Part shown: positions 46,330 through 55,901 of the stretch, piece by piece
How positions within the stretch are numbered: the stretch's first letter is position 1
How the letters are laid out: the number at the start of each line of letters is the position of its first letter
Assembly (NCBI GenBank): GCA_017403955.1
Contig: JAFRDH010000025.1
Coordinates: 71,294 to 135,293, forward strand
DNA from: Mogibacterium sp.
GTDB lineage: Bacteria > Bacillota > Clostridia > Peptostreptococcales > Anaerovoracaceae
Reading direction: 5' to 3'
Length of the DNA stretch: 64,000 bases
Notes under the pieces: generated by a model
Databases searched by the model: none
What the model was told of the DNA's origin: nothing
The model's input: the letters and a program-made list of their open reading frames with translations, nothing else
Position numbers and translations under genes: made by a program

Positions 46330-47804
46330 AAGCTATTGTAAGGAATCTGAGAGAAAAGGGAATTGGAGAAACAATAAGGATCGCCAACACCAAGAAGAAA
46401 TACAGACCGATGTTTGAACAGTGGAAAGCGGAATGCGCAGAACACACCGCTGCTCTTAAGAGTCTGATGAGTGAGGGCAGAGACGACGAAGCTGCTGCAT
46501 ATGCTGCAGAGCATTTTCCTGTGCTCATCGATAAGGGTATAACTATTCTTTCCCTGACACACTCCAATTTCAAACTCGAAGTTTCGGATATATTGAAGAA
46601 ACAGGAAGATTTGTTCAATTCCAAGTTCCCTAAGCAATTCAAGAAATACCGCAAGGATATCCGCGAGAATACGATCAAGAAGCAGATCCCTGCGATCTAT
46701 GCAAAAGAAGCGGTCAAACCGATCGAGAAAAAAGTCATTTTCATGGAGAATGGCATTTCGCCTTCTGCAGCTGCCACAGAGCTCGCGCATGTGATGATAG
46801 CACAGAAGAAATACAAAGTTATCTATACCGGACTTCAGATCCGTATGGTCTCGGTCGCGGAGTATTACTACAACGCACGGGAGTTTATCCGTGACATGGC
46901 AACAGCTAAGGCCGTATTCATTTCAACTGCAAACGACCTTCTGAGCCAGTTCGATGTAAGGCCTGAGACCAAGATCATCCAGCTCTGGCACGGGGTCGGT
47001 GCTTTCAAGAAAGTCGGATACAGCACGATCGGCAATTCCCATTTCGGCAAGAGCGAGAAAGCAAGAGAAGAATACAATCAGTACAGGAACTATACTTATG
47101 TAACGGTTGCGGGCGAAGAGCAGATCTGGGTATTCGAGGATGCTTTCCGTATCAGCAGAGATACCGGAGTGTATAAACCGATCGGCATAGCACGTACCGA
47201 TGTTTTCTTCCAGGAGGATTATCTCAGGAAGCAGAGGAACATGCTGAATAAAGCATTCCCTGCATGCAAGAACAAAAAGCTTATTCTGTACGCGCCGACG
47301 TTCAGAGGATCGGTCGCAAAGGCCAAGGCGCCTGACAAACTGGATATAAGGCTTCTTGCCAAGTCTCTGCCTGATGACTACGTTCTGCTCATCAAGCACC
47401 ACGGACTTTGTAAGGATATCCCGCCGATCCCTGCAGACCTTAAGAACAAATTTGCATTCGATATGAACGAAAAAGAAGTCCTGACCATCGAAGGACTTCT
47501 CGGAGTAGCAGATATACTTATCACAGACTATTCATCCGTAGGTTTCGAATTCGCGATCAGAGAGAAACCGATGATATTCTTCGCCTACGACCTCGATGAC
47601 TATATCGACAAACGCGGCATGTACTTTGACTACGAAGATATCACGCCGGGACCGATCTGCAGTACTACCGAAGAGATCGCGGATTATATCTGTAATTTGG
47701 ACGAACGCTTTGACATTGAAGAAGTCAGAGCTTTCAGAAAGAAATACGTTGACGCATGTGACGGACACGCTATCGAGAGGACGATCGCGCTTCTCGAGGA
47801 ATAG
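46320..47804 (+). CDS. TagB/TagF-family alditol-phosphate transferase with N-terminal helical domain
   Basis: IQLWHGVGAFKKVG, LYAPTFRGS and ITDYSSVGFEFAIREKPMIFFAYDLDDY. The GTG start sits 5 nt after GGAGGGAAA, with a 10-nt overlap with the previous gene. Confidence 0.8.
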   Translation: MDLKAIVRNLREKGIGETIRIANTKKKYRPMFEQWKAECAEHTAALKSLMSEGRDDEAAAYAAEHFPVLIDKGITILSLTHSNFKLEVSDILKKQEDLFNSKFPKQFKKYRKDIRENTIKKQIPAIYAKEAVKPIEKKVIFMENGISPSAAATELAHVMIAQKKYKVIYTGLQIRMVSVAEYYYNAREFIRDMATAKAVFISTANDLLSQFDVRPETKIIQLWHGVGAFKKVGYSTIGNSHFGKSEKAREEYNQYRNYTYVTVAGEEQIWVFEDAFRISRDTGVYKPIGIARTDVFFQEDYLRKQRNMLNKAFPACKNKKLILYAPTFRGSVAKAKAPDKLDIRLLAKSLPDDYVLLIKHHGLCKDIPPIPADLKNKFAFDMNEKEVLTIEGLLGVADILITDYSSVGFEFAIREKPMIFFAYDLDDYIDKRGMYFDYEDITPGPICSTTEEIADYICNLDERFDIEEVRAFRKKYVDACDGHAIERTIALLEE

Positions 47805-47813
47805 AGAGGTTTT

Positions 47814-49556
47814 ATGAGCAAATTATTCCAGAAAAGCCTGAAACTGGTCGAAGATCATACGACTCTGGACTATCAGATCACAGAAGTGTGGTGGGAGAGG
47901 ATATTCCTCAACATCACAGTTGAAACGAAAAGAGATGACGATGTCGAGTTCACTCTGAGACAGTTCAATCGTAAGAGAAGAAGACCGAAAAGAGGCGAAC
48001 GTTACAGCCAGATCATCGATATGCCGATCTTCAAGGAGATCCCTGCGCACCCGCAGACAGTCGAAGAAGCAGACGGCGTCAGGAAGTATCATTTTGTATT
48101 CAATATCACCGCGATGGATGACAGGACATTCCTCGACAACGGTAAATGGCAGCTTCAGGCCAATGTTCCGGGCGAGGAACCTTTTACCTGCTCAGTCGCT
48201 TATGATGTTGCGTACACACTGATCGACAAGTCCAGGATCTACAAATATGACGACGGTAAGTATTCGTACGATGTTTCACTCGGTACTTATTCTGTAGACG
48301 GAACGACCCTGAGCTTCGTGATCAACTCTCACTTCATGATCGAAAATGAGACATGGAACCGCAGACGTTATGTGCAGGAAGCTCTTACATTCAAGGGTAA
48401 ATTCAACAGAATGTATATGTATGCTGTAATCGAAATGATGAGAGCATATTATGCGGTAGTCGAGAAGGCTTCGCCAAAAAACGGCAAGAAGATCATGTTT
48501 ATGACTGAGACAAAGCCGTATCTGTGGGGCAATCTCAAGTACATCGATGACAGAATGAAAGCCCGCGGCCTTGACAAGGAATTCGATATCACCTATTCCC
48601 TGAGAAATGCCGTAGGAACTCACAAGAGTGCACTCAGCTGGGCAGAACTTATCACGAAAATTGCCAGACAGGACTACATTTTCGTAGACGATTATGTTCC
48701 GGTATTCGGTTTCCTTGAACTTTCAGACCGCACCAAACTCATCCAGGTATGGCACGCCGGTGAAGGATTCAAATCCGTAGGTTACAGCAGATTCGGAAGA
48801 GCCGGTACACCGTATCCGGCAGGATCATGCCACAAGCAGTATGACTACGTCATCACCGGATCTGAGAGACTCGTTCATGTATACAGCGAGGTATTCGGCC
48901 TTCCGGAGAAGTATTTCATGCCTGTCGGAATGGCAAGACTTGACGGATTCCTCGATCCGGATAAGATCGCTTCTTTTAAGAAAGACTTTTACGGGAAATA
49001 TCCTCAGTTTGAGGGCAAGAAGATCATACTCTTCGCACCGACATTCAGAGGAACCGGACAGAAGGTCGCTTTCTATGAATATGAGAAACTCGACCACAAG
49101 CAGATCTACGACTTCTGCGGTGATGAGTATGTCTGGGTCTACAAGATGCATCCATTCGTAACAGAGAAACCGCCGATCCCTAAGGAATACTCCGACAGGA
49201 TATTCGACCTCTCTTCATACGAGAACATCAACGACCTTTATTATGTCACAGAAATCATGATCACAGACTACTCATCAGCTTACTTCGAATTCGCGCTGAT
49301 GAACAAGCCGGTGCTCTTCTACACATACGACAGAGAATGCTACGAACTGACAAGAGGCGTACACAAGTCTGTCAAAGAAGAAGCTCCGGGCAAGGTCTGC
49401 GATACTTTCGAAGAACTTATCGAAGCACTCAAGAACAAAGACTACGAGTTCGAGAAGACTGCAGCATTCAGAGATGCCAACTTCAGCAACTATGATGGAA
49501 ATGCCGCAGACAAGATCATCGATACGATCCTGCTGAAGAAAGATAACGCAAATTAG
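47814..49556 (+). CDS. TagB/TagF-family alditol-phosphate transferase with ~230-aa N-terminal domain
   Basis: IQVWHAGEGFKSVG, LFAPTFRGTG and ITDYSSAYFEFALMNKPVLFYTYDRECY. Confidence 0.8.
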   Translation: MSKLFQKSLKLVEDHTTLDYQITEVWWERIFLNITVETKRDDDVEFTLRQFNRKRRRPKRGERYSQIIDMPIFKEIPAHPQTVEEADGVRKYHFVFNITAMDDRTFLDNGKWQLQANVPGEEPFTCSVAYDVAYTLIDKSRIYKYDDGKYSYDVSLGTYSVDGTTLSFVINSHFMIENETWNRRRYVQEALTFKGKFNRMYMYAVIEMMRAYYAVVEKASPKNGKKIMFMTETKPYLWGNLKYIDDRMKARGLDKEFDITYSLRNAVGTHKSALSWAELITKIARQDYIFVDDYVPVFGFLELSDRTKLIQVWHAGEGFKSVGYSRFGRAGTPYPAGSCHKQYDYVITGSERLVHVYSEVFGLPEKYFMPVGMARLDGFLDPDKIASFKKDFYGKYPQFEGKKIILFAPTFRGTGQKVAFYEYEKLDHKQIYDFCGDEYVWVYKMHPFVTEKPPIPKEYSDRIFDLSSYENINDLYYVTEIMITDYSSAYFEFALMNKPVLFYTYDRECYELTRGVHKSVKEEAPGKVCDTFEELIEALKNKDYEFEKTAAFRDANFSNYDGNAADKIIDTILLKKDNAN

Positions 49557-49569
49557 GAGGAGACGAGCT

Positions 49570-50307
49570 ATGAGTAAGAATCTGGCTATTATATTTGCGG
49601 GGGGAAGCGGTGTCCGTATGGGAGCGGGCAAGCCAAAACAGTTTCTCGAGATAGACGGAAGACCGATCATCATCCACACACTGGATATTTTTGAAGATCA
49701 TCCTGCTATCGATGAGATCTATATCGCCTGCAAGGCTGACTATATCAGCAAACTCAAAAAACTTGTCAGACGCTACGATATCACTAAGGTCAAAGCGATC
49801 GTTCCGGGAGGGACCACAGCTCTCGGCTCTGCTTATAATGCTCTTCAGGCCGCGAAAGCCAACAATGAAGATGATGCTATAGTACTCATCCATGACGGAG
49901 TACGTCCTTGCATCACGAATGATCTGATCAACGAAGTGATCGAAGAGACCAAGGCCAAAGGTGCCGCAGTTACATGTACACCGCTCTTCGAGACACCGGT
50001 CATCAGCAAGGAAGGTCTTGTAGTCGAAGAGTCTCCTAAGAGATCTTACTGCTACACCGCGCAGGCGCCGCAGAGCTTCAGACTCGGTGACATTCTCGAT
50101 GCTCATGAAGAGACAAGAAAGGATAACCCGGACTATACAGATATAGTAGACAGCTGCACACTTATGAGAAGACTCGGAAGAGATGTTGCCATAGTAAAAG
50201 GCCCTAGGAGCAATATCAAAGTTACCACTCCTGAGGACCTGTACATCTTCAAAGCTATGCTCGAGTATAAGAGGACCAAAGATACCTTCGGTGTTATCGG
50301 CGAATAG
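49570..50307 (+). CDS. IspD/TarI-family cytidylyltransferase (ribitol-5-phosphate cytidylyltransferase-like, canonical motifs)
   Basis: LAIIFAGGSGVRMGAGKPKQFLEIDGRPII and VLIHDGVRPCI are both canonical IspD/TarI motifs. Confidence 0.8.
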   Translation: MSKNLAIIFAGGSGVRMGAGKPKQFLEIDGRPIIIHTLDIFEDHPAIDEIYIACKADYISKLKKLVRRYDITKVKAIVPGGTTALGSAYNALQAAKANNEDDAIVLIHDGVRPCITNDLINEVIEETKAKGAAVTCTPLFETPVISKEGLVVEESPKRSYCYTAQAPQSFRLGDILDAHEETRKDNPDYTDIVDSCTLMRRLGRDVAIVKGPRSNIKVTTPEDLYIFKAMLEYKRTKDTFGVIGE

Positions 50308-50310
50308 CCT

Positions 50311-51381
50311 TTACTTCTCAGTTATTTCATAATTCGAAATCATTCGACCTACGCCTTCGGCAACAGATACCTTCGGGGCCCAGCCGAGGGCTCTTATTTT
50401 GCTGTCATCGAGGCCTATGAATTTGGCAGGGTTGTAGCTGGCGGCTGCGGACTGATCGATATTCATCACAAGCTTGAGATTCTTCTCCGGTCTGCATGCG
50501 ATGAATGCTTCGGCAAGCTGCCTGATCGAAATGATGCTGCTGCTGTCGGCGATATTGTAAGCCATGTCTTCTCCTTTGAGGAGGACATAGAAAATACCTG
50601 TGACAGCGTCACCGACATAAGTGTATGCTCTCTGGGATGAACCGTCGCTGTTCATGACGATGTCTTCGCCTCTGAAAACATTCGCTGCAAAGTCTGCCTG
50701 GACTCTTCCGTCATTCAGAGCGAGTCCCGGGCCATAGATATGCGCGAATCTAGGCAGTTTGCAGTTGATCCCGTACTGAGCGTGGAATGATGTGCAGATA
50801 GTTTCTGCCGCGCGCTTGCCCTCAGAATAGCATGATCTCGGATTGAGAGGATCGATGTAGCCGTAATCGTTCTCACTTATCACGCCTGACTCCGGAGCTA
50901 CTTTGCCGTAAACTTCCGAAGACGACATGAGGACGAATCCCTTGCTCTTCTTCTCGACCGCAAGATCGAGGAGGTTGAAGGTCCCGATGAGGTTAGCTCT
51001 GATCGTCGAAGTCGGAGCTGCCCTGTGTTCTTTTGGCCTTGCTGCACTTCCGCCGTGGAAAATATAGTCTACCGGACCATCATAGCTGACCGGGACGGAT
51101 ACATCCTGTACGATAAGCTCCACGTCATCTCTCTCAAGGACCGGACCGAGGATCCTGCGGGCCTTCTCTCCGTTGCGGACAAGAGCGAGGACTTTGATAC
51201 CGAGATCCATATGATCGTTGAGCCCGAGAAGTGTATACAGTACATAAGAAGGGATCATTCCGCTTGCTCCGGTGACCAGAACAGTAGCACCGCGGAAGGT
51301 ATCCCATGGAAGATTTTCCGAAATAATTCTTTCGATATCTTCTGAAATTATTTTGTTCTCAAATTTATCCATTATTATCAC
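50311..51381 (-). CDS. Extended SDR, NAD-dependent epimerase/dehydratase family (UDP-glucuronate decarboxylase-like)
   Basis: VLVTGASGMIPSY, SSSEVYG and YSEGKRAAE (YxxxK). The start is ambiguous between GTG 51381 and ATG 51372. The gene is convergent with the previous gene, with only 3 nt between the stop codons. Confidence 0.8.
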   Translation of the reverse strand: MIIMDKFENKIISEDIERIISENLPWDTFRGATVLVTGASGMIPSYVLYTLLGLNDHMDLGIKVLALVRNGEKARRILGPVLERDDVELIVQDVSVPVSYDGPVDYIFHGGSAARPKEHRAAPTSTIRANLIGTFNLLDLAVEKKSKGFVLMSSSEVYGKVAPESGVISENDYGYIDPLNPRSCYSEGKRAAETICTSFHAQYGINCKLPRFAHIYGPGLALNDGRVQADFAANVFRGEDIVMNSDGSSQRAYTYVGDAVTGIFYVLLKGEDMAYNIADSSSIISIRQLAEAFIACRPEKNLKLVMNIDQSAAASYNPAKFIGLDDSKIRALGWAPKVSVAEGVGRMISNYEITEK

Positions 51382-51518
51382 ATTCTCCTCACACTAAAGC
51401 TGTTGGATTATTATAGCATGAATTGTAATCAGTAGTCATATATGGTAGAATAATCTCCGATTTCGGATTTTGCCGGGATCGTTATCAGCGAAGCACAATT
51501 AGAAGGACTGATCTACTC

Positions 51519-52625
51519 ATGAACGAGAATAAAGAGAAGAATTATACAATCGAACAGAACAAACAGGTAATGACCGAACATCACGACAATGATGGATTCG
51601 GTGAAGACCTGGGCAGATCATATACAAGAGTATCAGACAATCTCCGCAGGAACAGACGCAAATATGCGATCATCTCTGTAGCGGCAGCTGTCCTGATCGC
51701 GATCGGCGGGGTTTCGGCCGCAGCAGTCGCCAATGTAGCTCCATATGCTATTTCAATCAATGGCAAGCAGGTCTGCACAGTCAGCGGCAAGAACGAGGCG
51801 GAAGTCGTCGTCAAGGGCCTCGTAGCAGATTACGTTCCTGAAGGTTCGGTCGTCAAAGCGATTTCTACAGATGACATGATCAAGGTAGAGCCTGCGGAGT
51901 CCGCATCCGAGGCACGCGACAATGCTGTAGGAGTCGATGAAGCCATCGAGAACCTGAAGGACGCTATTTCGGAGTCTAAGGATGATGCCAAAGCTGAGAT
52001 CACTGTCGTCAGCACCGGAATGGAAGTCGAGAAATTCACACCTAAGACGAAATACATCAAAGACGATACGATGCTTGCAGGTGAAGCAGTAGTTGAAGTC
52101 GAGGCTAAGAAGGGCAGCAAAGAAGTCACCAAGAGATATACAACAGTCAACGGCGAAGTGACCGGTGAGGAAGTCCTCAAAGAGACGGTCATCAAGAAGG
52201 GCAAAGCCGCCAAAATCAGAAAGGGTACTCTCGGACTCCCTGAAGGCGAGGACTGGAAGACATACGAAGGAGATCCGATTTACCAGAATGGTGAGGAACT
52301 GACTCAGACAGCTCTCAACTATCTCGGCGCACCGTATAAGTACGGCGGACACAGCCTTGTAAACGGTATCGACTGCGTACAGTTCATCAGACAGATGTAC
52401 GCGAAGTACGGCATCAGCCTTCCTAACGGAAAGAATGCTCTCAAGCATGTAGGCTTTGCAGTCAATTACAAGGATATGCGCCCTGGCGATATCATCTGTT
52501 ACTCCAACCATTACGCGCTTTATATCGGCAACGGCAAGATCGTCCACGCCATCCGTAAGGGTGTAAGCGTAGGTAACAATCCTAAATACAGAGGCATCGT
52601 TACTATCAGGAGAGTCGTAGGATAG
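51519..52625 (+). CDS. Membrane-anchored G5-domain NlpC/P60 peptidoglycan hydrolase
   Basis: TM: AIISVAAAVLIAIGGVSAAAV. G5-like: TKYIKDDTMLAGEAVVEVEAKKGSKEVTKRYTTVNGEVTGEEVLKETVIKKG. NlpC/P60: GAPYKYGGHSLVNGIDCVQFIRQMY ... GDIICYSNHYALYIGNGKIVHA. Confidence 0.8.
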   Translation: MNENKEKNYTIEQNKQVMTEHHDNDGFGEDLGRSYTRVSDNLRRNRRKYAIISVAAAVLIAIGGVSAAAVANVAPYAISINGKQVCTVSGKNEAEVVVKGLVADYVPEGSVVKAISTDDMIKVEPAESASEARDNAVGVDEAIENLKDAISESKDDAKAEITVVSTGMEVEKFTPKTKYIKDDTMLAGEAVVEVEAKKGSKEVTKRYTTVNGEVTGEEVLKETVIKKGKAAKIRKGTLGLPEGEDWKTYEGDPIYQNGEELTQTALNYLGAPYKYGGHSLVNGIDCVQFIRQMYAKYGISLPNGKNALKHVGFAVNYKDMRPGDIICYSNHYALYIGNGKIVHAIRKGVSVGNNPKYRGIVTIRRVVG

Positions 52626-52656
52626 CAGGCCGAGACCGGGAGGGCCGGACCAACCA

Positions 52657-53526
52657 ATGACCAGGAAAAAAGAAACAACGCTGATCACAGTGATCCTTTC
52701 CATATGCCTTATAGCGGCAATTGCCGGAGTGATCAGGTCGTCCGGAAATAAAGAAGAAGCTCCTGAAACAGATCCGTCAGACGATAAATCAGAAGCAGAA
52801 GTCACAATAGTACTTCCTGATTCATCAAGAGGCGATACAGCGGATGCTGAAGTCACCAATCTCAAAGGAGATACATACAACTTCAGAATATTCGATCAGA
52901 GAGCAGGATATGAGAATTATTCAGAATATTTGAGCGCGCATGGTTGTTCGACCTGCGCGCTTACCACTATATTGAGAACGACTGCAGAAGGGCTTGAAGA
53001 CCTGACCCCGGACCGGACTTTGACAGAGATCATCTACCCGGTCATCGGAGATGACGTCTTCAGCAAGAACTTCAGCAAGTCCAAGAAGAGACAGATGCCG
53101 ATCACCCTCGGCGGTATGACTCTTATTTTTGATAAATACGGAGTCGAATACAAGAAGCCGTCAACTGATCCGGATAAGAGAGCCGGAGAGGTGAAGAAAT
53201 GGCTCAGGAAAGGAAACCCTGTCATTCTTACTTTCGGCAACGGCAAGTCGGCTCATCTCAGCAGATATACACATACGGTACTGCTCCTTGGCATTGATGA
53301 CAATGGCAAAGTCATTATCGGGGATTCACTCCACAAGAGCGCATCTTATTGGGGCAAAGACGGCCTGATCAAATCAGGCAAGCTCACAGTAGAAGAAATG
53401 CTGTCTTTCATCAAGAAGGAAGACGGCTGGACTTTGAATCAGGACATGGTCCCTCAGGACCGCATTTTCTATAAAAATTCAGCAGACAGAGGATATTTAT
53501 TGATCAGGAAGGCCGGTAACAACTGA
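52657..53526 (+). CDS. Membrane-anchored protein with putative papain-like (peptidase C39-like) domain
   Basis: N-terminal TM: LITVILSICLIAAIAG. Candidate Cys/His pair: HGCSTCALTTIL ... YTHTVLLLGIDDNGKVIIGDS. The family assignment is by pattern only. Confidence 0.45.
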   Translation: MTRKKETTLITVILSICLIAAIAGVIRSSGNKEEAPETDPSDDKSEAEVTIVLPDSSRGDTADAEVTNLKGDTYNFRIFDQRAGYENYSEYLSAHGCSTCALTTILRTTAEGLEDLTPDRTLTEIIYPVIGDDVFSKNFSKSKKRQMPITLGGMTLIFDKYGVEYKKPSTDPDKRAGEVKKWLRKGNPVILTFGNGKSAHLSRYTHTVLLLGIDDNGKVIIGDSLHKSASYWGKDGLIKSGKLTVEEMLSFIKKEDGWTLNQDMVPQDRIFYKNSADRGYLLIRKAGNN

Positions 53527-53527
53527 C

Positions 53528-54490
53528 ATGGTTTCAACAACACTTTATACATCGATCAACAACAGAAAAGTCGCGATCATCGGAGCCGGATTCGTAGGTT
53601 CATCTATCGCCTACGCGCTCACCATCAGGAATCTCGCCAATGAGATCATCCTTATAGATGTCAATGAGACAAGAGCACGCGGTGAGGCGATGGACATACA
53701 GCACGGGATCCCTTACATGGGAACTTCTTCGGTACGTGCAGGCAACTATTCCGACTGCAGGAACTGCGACCTGATCATCATCACAGCAGGAAGACCGAGA
53801 AGACCGGGAGAGACAAGACTTGACATGATCGCTGATAATATCGGGATCATGAAGAACGTAGTAGATCAGATCAAACCATATTACACACACAGCGTTATAA
53901 TGGTAGTATCCAACCCGGTAGATATCATGACACACATGATCGACAAATGGATGGGACTTCCTAACGGCGTCGTATTCGGAACCGGATGCATTCTTGACAC
54001 ATCAAGACTTGTCAGATGTATCGCCGATTATACCAACCTCAACACAGAGTCGATCAAGTGCAATATCGTCGGAGAGCACGGAGACACACAGTTCCCGGTA
54101 TGGAGCAGACTTGCTATCGCCGGCCTGACAATGGATGAATATTGCCAGAACGTCGGACTCGAGTGGAATGACGAGCGCAAAGAACTTCTCCATGAAGAAG
54201 TCAGGAACATGGGCGCCAGCATAATCGGTGCAAAAGGAAGAACGCATTACGGTATCGCTACTTGCGTTTGCTCGCTCGCAGATGCTGTTCTCAGCCAGAG
54301 ACCGACTATCGCACCTGTTACTTCACCTCTTCAGGGAGAGTATGGTATCAAGGGCGTTTCGATCAGTATTCCTTCGATCGTCAGCGTAAGAGGAGTCGAG
54401 CACAGACTTCAGGAGAACTGGGCACCTGAAGAGATCGCAATGCTCCACACCAGTGCGGAAAGGCTGAGCGACAAGCTCGCAGCTCTCTAA
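53528..54490 (+). CDS. ldh: L-lactate dehydrogenase
   Basis: KVAIIGAGFVGSS, IILIDVNETRARGEAMD, GCILDTSRL (substrate Arg) and GEHGDTQFPVWS (catalytic His). Confidence 0.9.
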   Translation: MVSTTLYTSINNRKVAIIGAGFVGSSIAYALTIRNLANEIILIDVNETRARGEAMDIQHGIPYMGTSSVRAGNYSDCRNCDLIIITAGRPRRPGETRLDMIADNIGIMKNVVDQIKPYYTHSVIMVVSNPVDIMTHMIDKWMGLPNGVVFGTGCILDTSRLVRCIADYTNLNTESIKCNIVGEHGDTQFPVWSRLAIAGLTMDEYCQNVGLEWNDERKELLHEEVRNMGASIIGAKGRTHYGIATCVCSLADAVLSQRPTIAPVTSPLQGEYGIKGVSISIPSIVSVRGVEHRLQENWAPEEIAMLHTSAERLSDKLAAL

Positions 54491-54506
54491 TCAACAATCG
54501 TTATTT

Positions 54507-55886
54507 TTGGATCATTCTACGGTTTGCAGGGAAATGGCAGTAAGATCAACAACAACGGAAATACTTGAATGGATCAGAGAGAGGAACAATAAACTCTCAG
54601 TCAATATCGAAAGAACATCCCTCGATAAATGTGAGGGCTGGTTATATGATGAAGAATCGGGTTTGGTGCGTCATAAAAATGGCGCATTTTTCTCTATTGG
54701 AGGACTTTCCGGGACCTTCAGAGGTTCTTATGTAGAGCAGCCGATCTGTTATCAGAAGGAGATCGGCTATCTCGGATATCTGTGCAGTGTGATAGATGGT
54801 GAAATGCATTTCCTGACGCAGGCCAAAATGGAACCGGGAAATATCAGCCTGATGCAGCTTTCGCCGACCATTCAGGCAACCAAAAGCAATTTCGAGCAGA
54901 AACACGGCGGCAGGAAGCCGGTTTATCTGGATATTTTCAAGAATGTAGCGGACGATGATGTCATCGTAGACCAGATACAGTCCGAGCAATCCTCGAGATT
55001 CATGGGCAAGAGGAACTGCAATATCATCATCAGAACGGATGATCCTGACAGCATAGAACTCACGGAAAATCACCGCTGGGTCAGCCTGAGGCAGATGAGG
55101 GAACTCAGCAAGTATGACAATCTCGTCAATATGAGCAGCCGTACGGTGCTCGCGGGAATACCGTTCAGCACGATGAGGCAGGACTACTGGGTCGATGAGA
55201 TCAGAGACGAAGCACTCAGGAACTCTATTTTCAAAGAGCCTGACCATCAGCTGCTCAAGGATATACGTCACCGCATCGTTCAGTACAAGATGTTCAATGA
55301 CGATGATGTCCGCGAAGTTCCGCTGATGAGTCTCGCCGGATGGGAACTTACCGAAGACGGCTTCAGCTGCAAAGAGGACTATCCGTTCAGACTGAATTTC
55401 TGCAGGATCGCGATCGAGGGCAGAGAAGTCCGTGAGTGGTGCCAGCCACTCTTCGAAGCGACGGGAAGAGCCTTCTTCGGATTGTTTGCGAGAGATCATG
55501 AAGGAAAGAGGGAATGGCTCCTCAGACTCAAGCCGGAAATAGGCTGTTTCGACAAAGTAGAGCTCGGTCCGACGGTCCAGAGAGAAGCTTTCAGCCGCAT
55601 CCCTGAGAATGACATAGATAAACTGTTCATTCGCAAACTTGAGGAAGCAAAATCATCGGGAGATAAGGATGGCCGGATCATGTTCGATACGCTTCTCGCT
55701 GAGGAAGGCGGAAGGTTCTACCATGAAGAGAACCGCAATGTGATCCTGAAGATCGAGGATGATGAGATCGATGAACTGCCGAATGACTACTTCTGGTGTG
55801 ACTACGCAACGATCCAGGCAATGAACAGTGACAACAATCACCTGAACATCCAGCTCAGAAGCCTGATGTCAGTAATAAATCTGTAG
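54507..55886 (+). CDS. NDP-hexose 2,3-dehydratase (EvaA/TylX3/OleV family)
   Basis: HKNGAFFSIGG ... LTQAKMEPGNISLMQLSPTIQATKSNFEQKHGGRKPVYLDIF, and a second pseudo-repeat half ending in GGRFYHEENRN. The start is either TTG 54507 (track) or ATG 54534. Confidence 0.85.
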   Translation: MDHSTVCREMAVRSTTTEILEWIRERNNKLSVNIERTSLDKCEGWLYDEESGLVRHKNGAFFSIGGLSGTFRGSYVEQPICYQKEIGYLGYLCSVIDGEMHFLTQAKMEPGNISLMQLSPTIQATKSNFEQKHGGRKPVYLDIFKNVADDDVIVDQIQSEQSSRFMGKRNCNIIIRTDDPDSIELTENHRWVSLRQMRELSKYDNLVNMSSRTVLAGIPFSTMRQDYWVDEIRDEALRNSIFKEPDHQLLKDIRHRIVQYKMFNDDDVREVPLMSLAGWELTEDGFSCKEDYPFRLNFCRIAIEGREVREWCQPLFEATGRAFFGLFARDHEGKREWLLRLKPEIGCFDKVELGPTVQREAFSRIPENDIDKLFIRKLEEAKSSGDKDGRIMFDTLLAEEGGRFYHEENRNVILKIEDDEIDELPNDYFWCDYATIQAMNSDNNHLNIQLRSLMSVINL

Positions 55887-55901
55887 GATAAGCGAGGAAT
55901 T

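Noticed and set aside
53528-54490. The possibility that the ldh-like gene is a sugar-nucleotide or malate dehydrogenase belonging functionally to the deoxysugar pair.
   Set aside because: It carries the L-LDH-specific motifs (GEHGDTQFPVWS, ILDTSRL and the IDVNE..RGEAMD region), so the housekeeping ldh call is retained. The odd context is reported as a finding instead.
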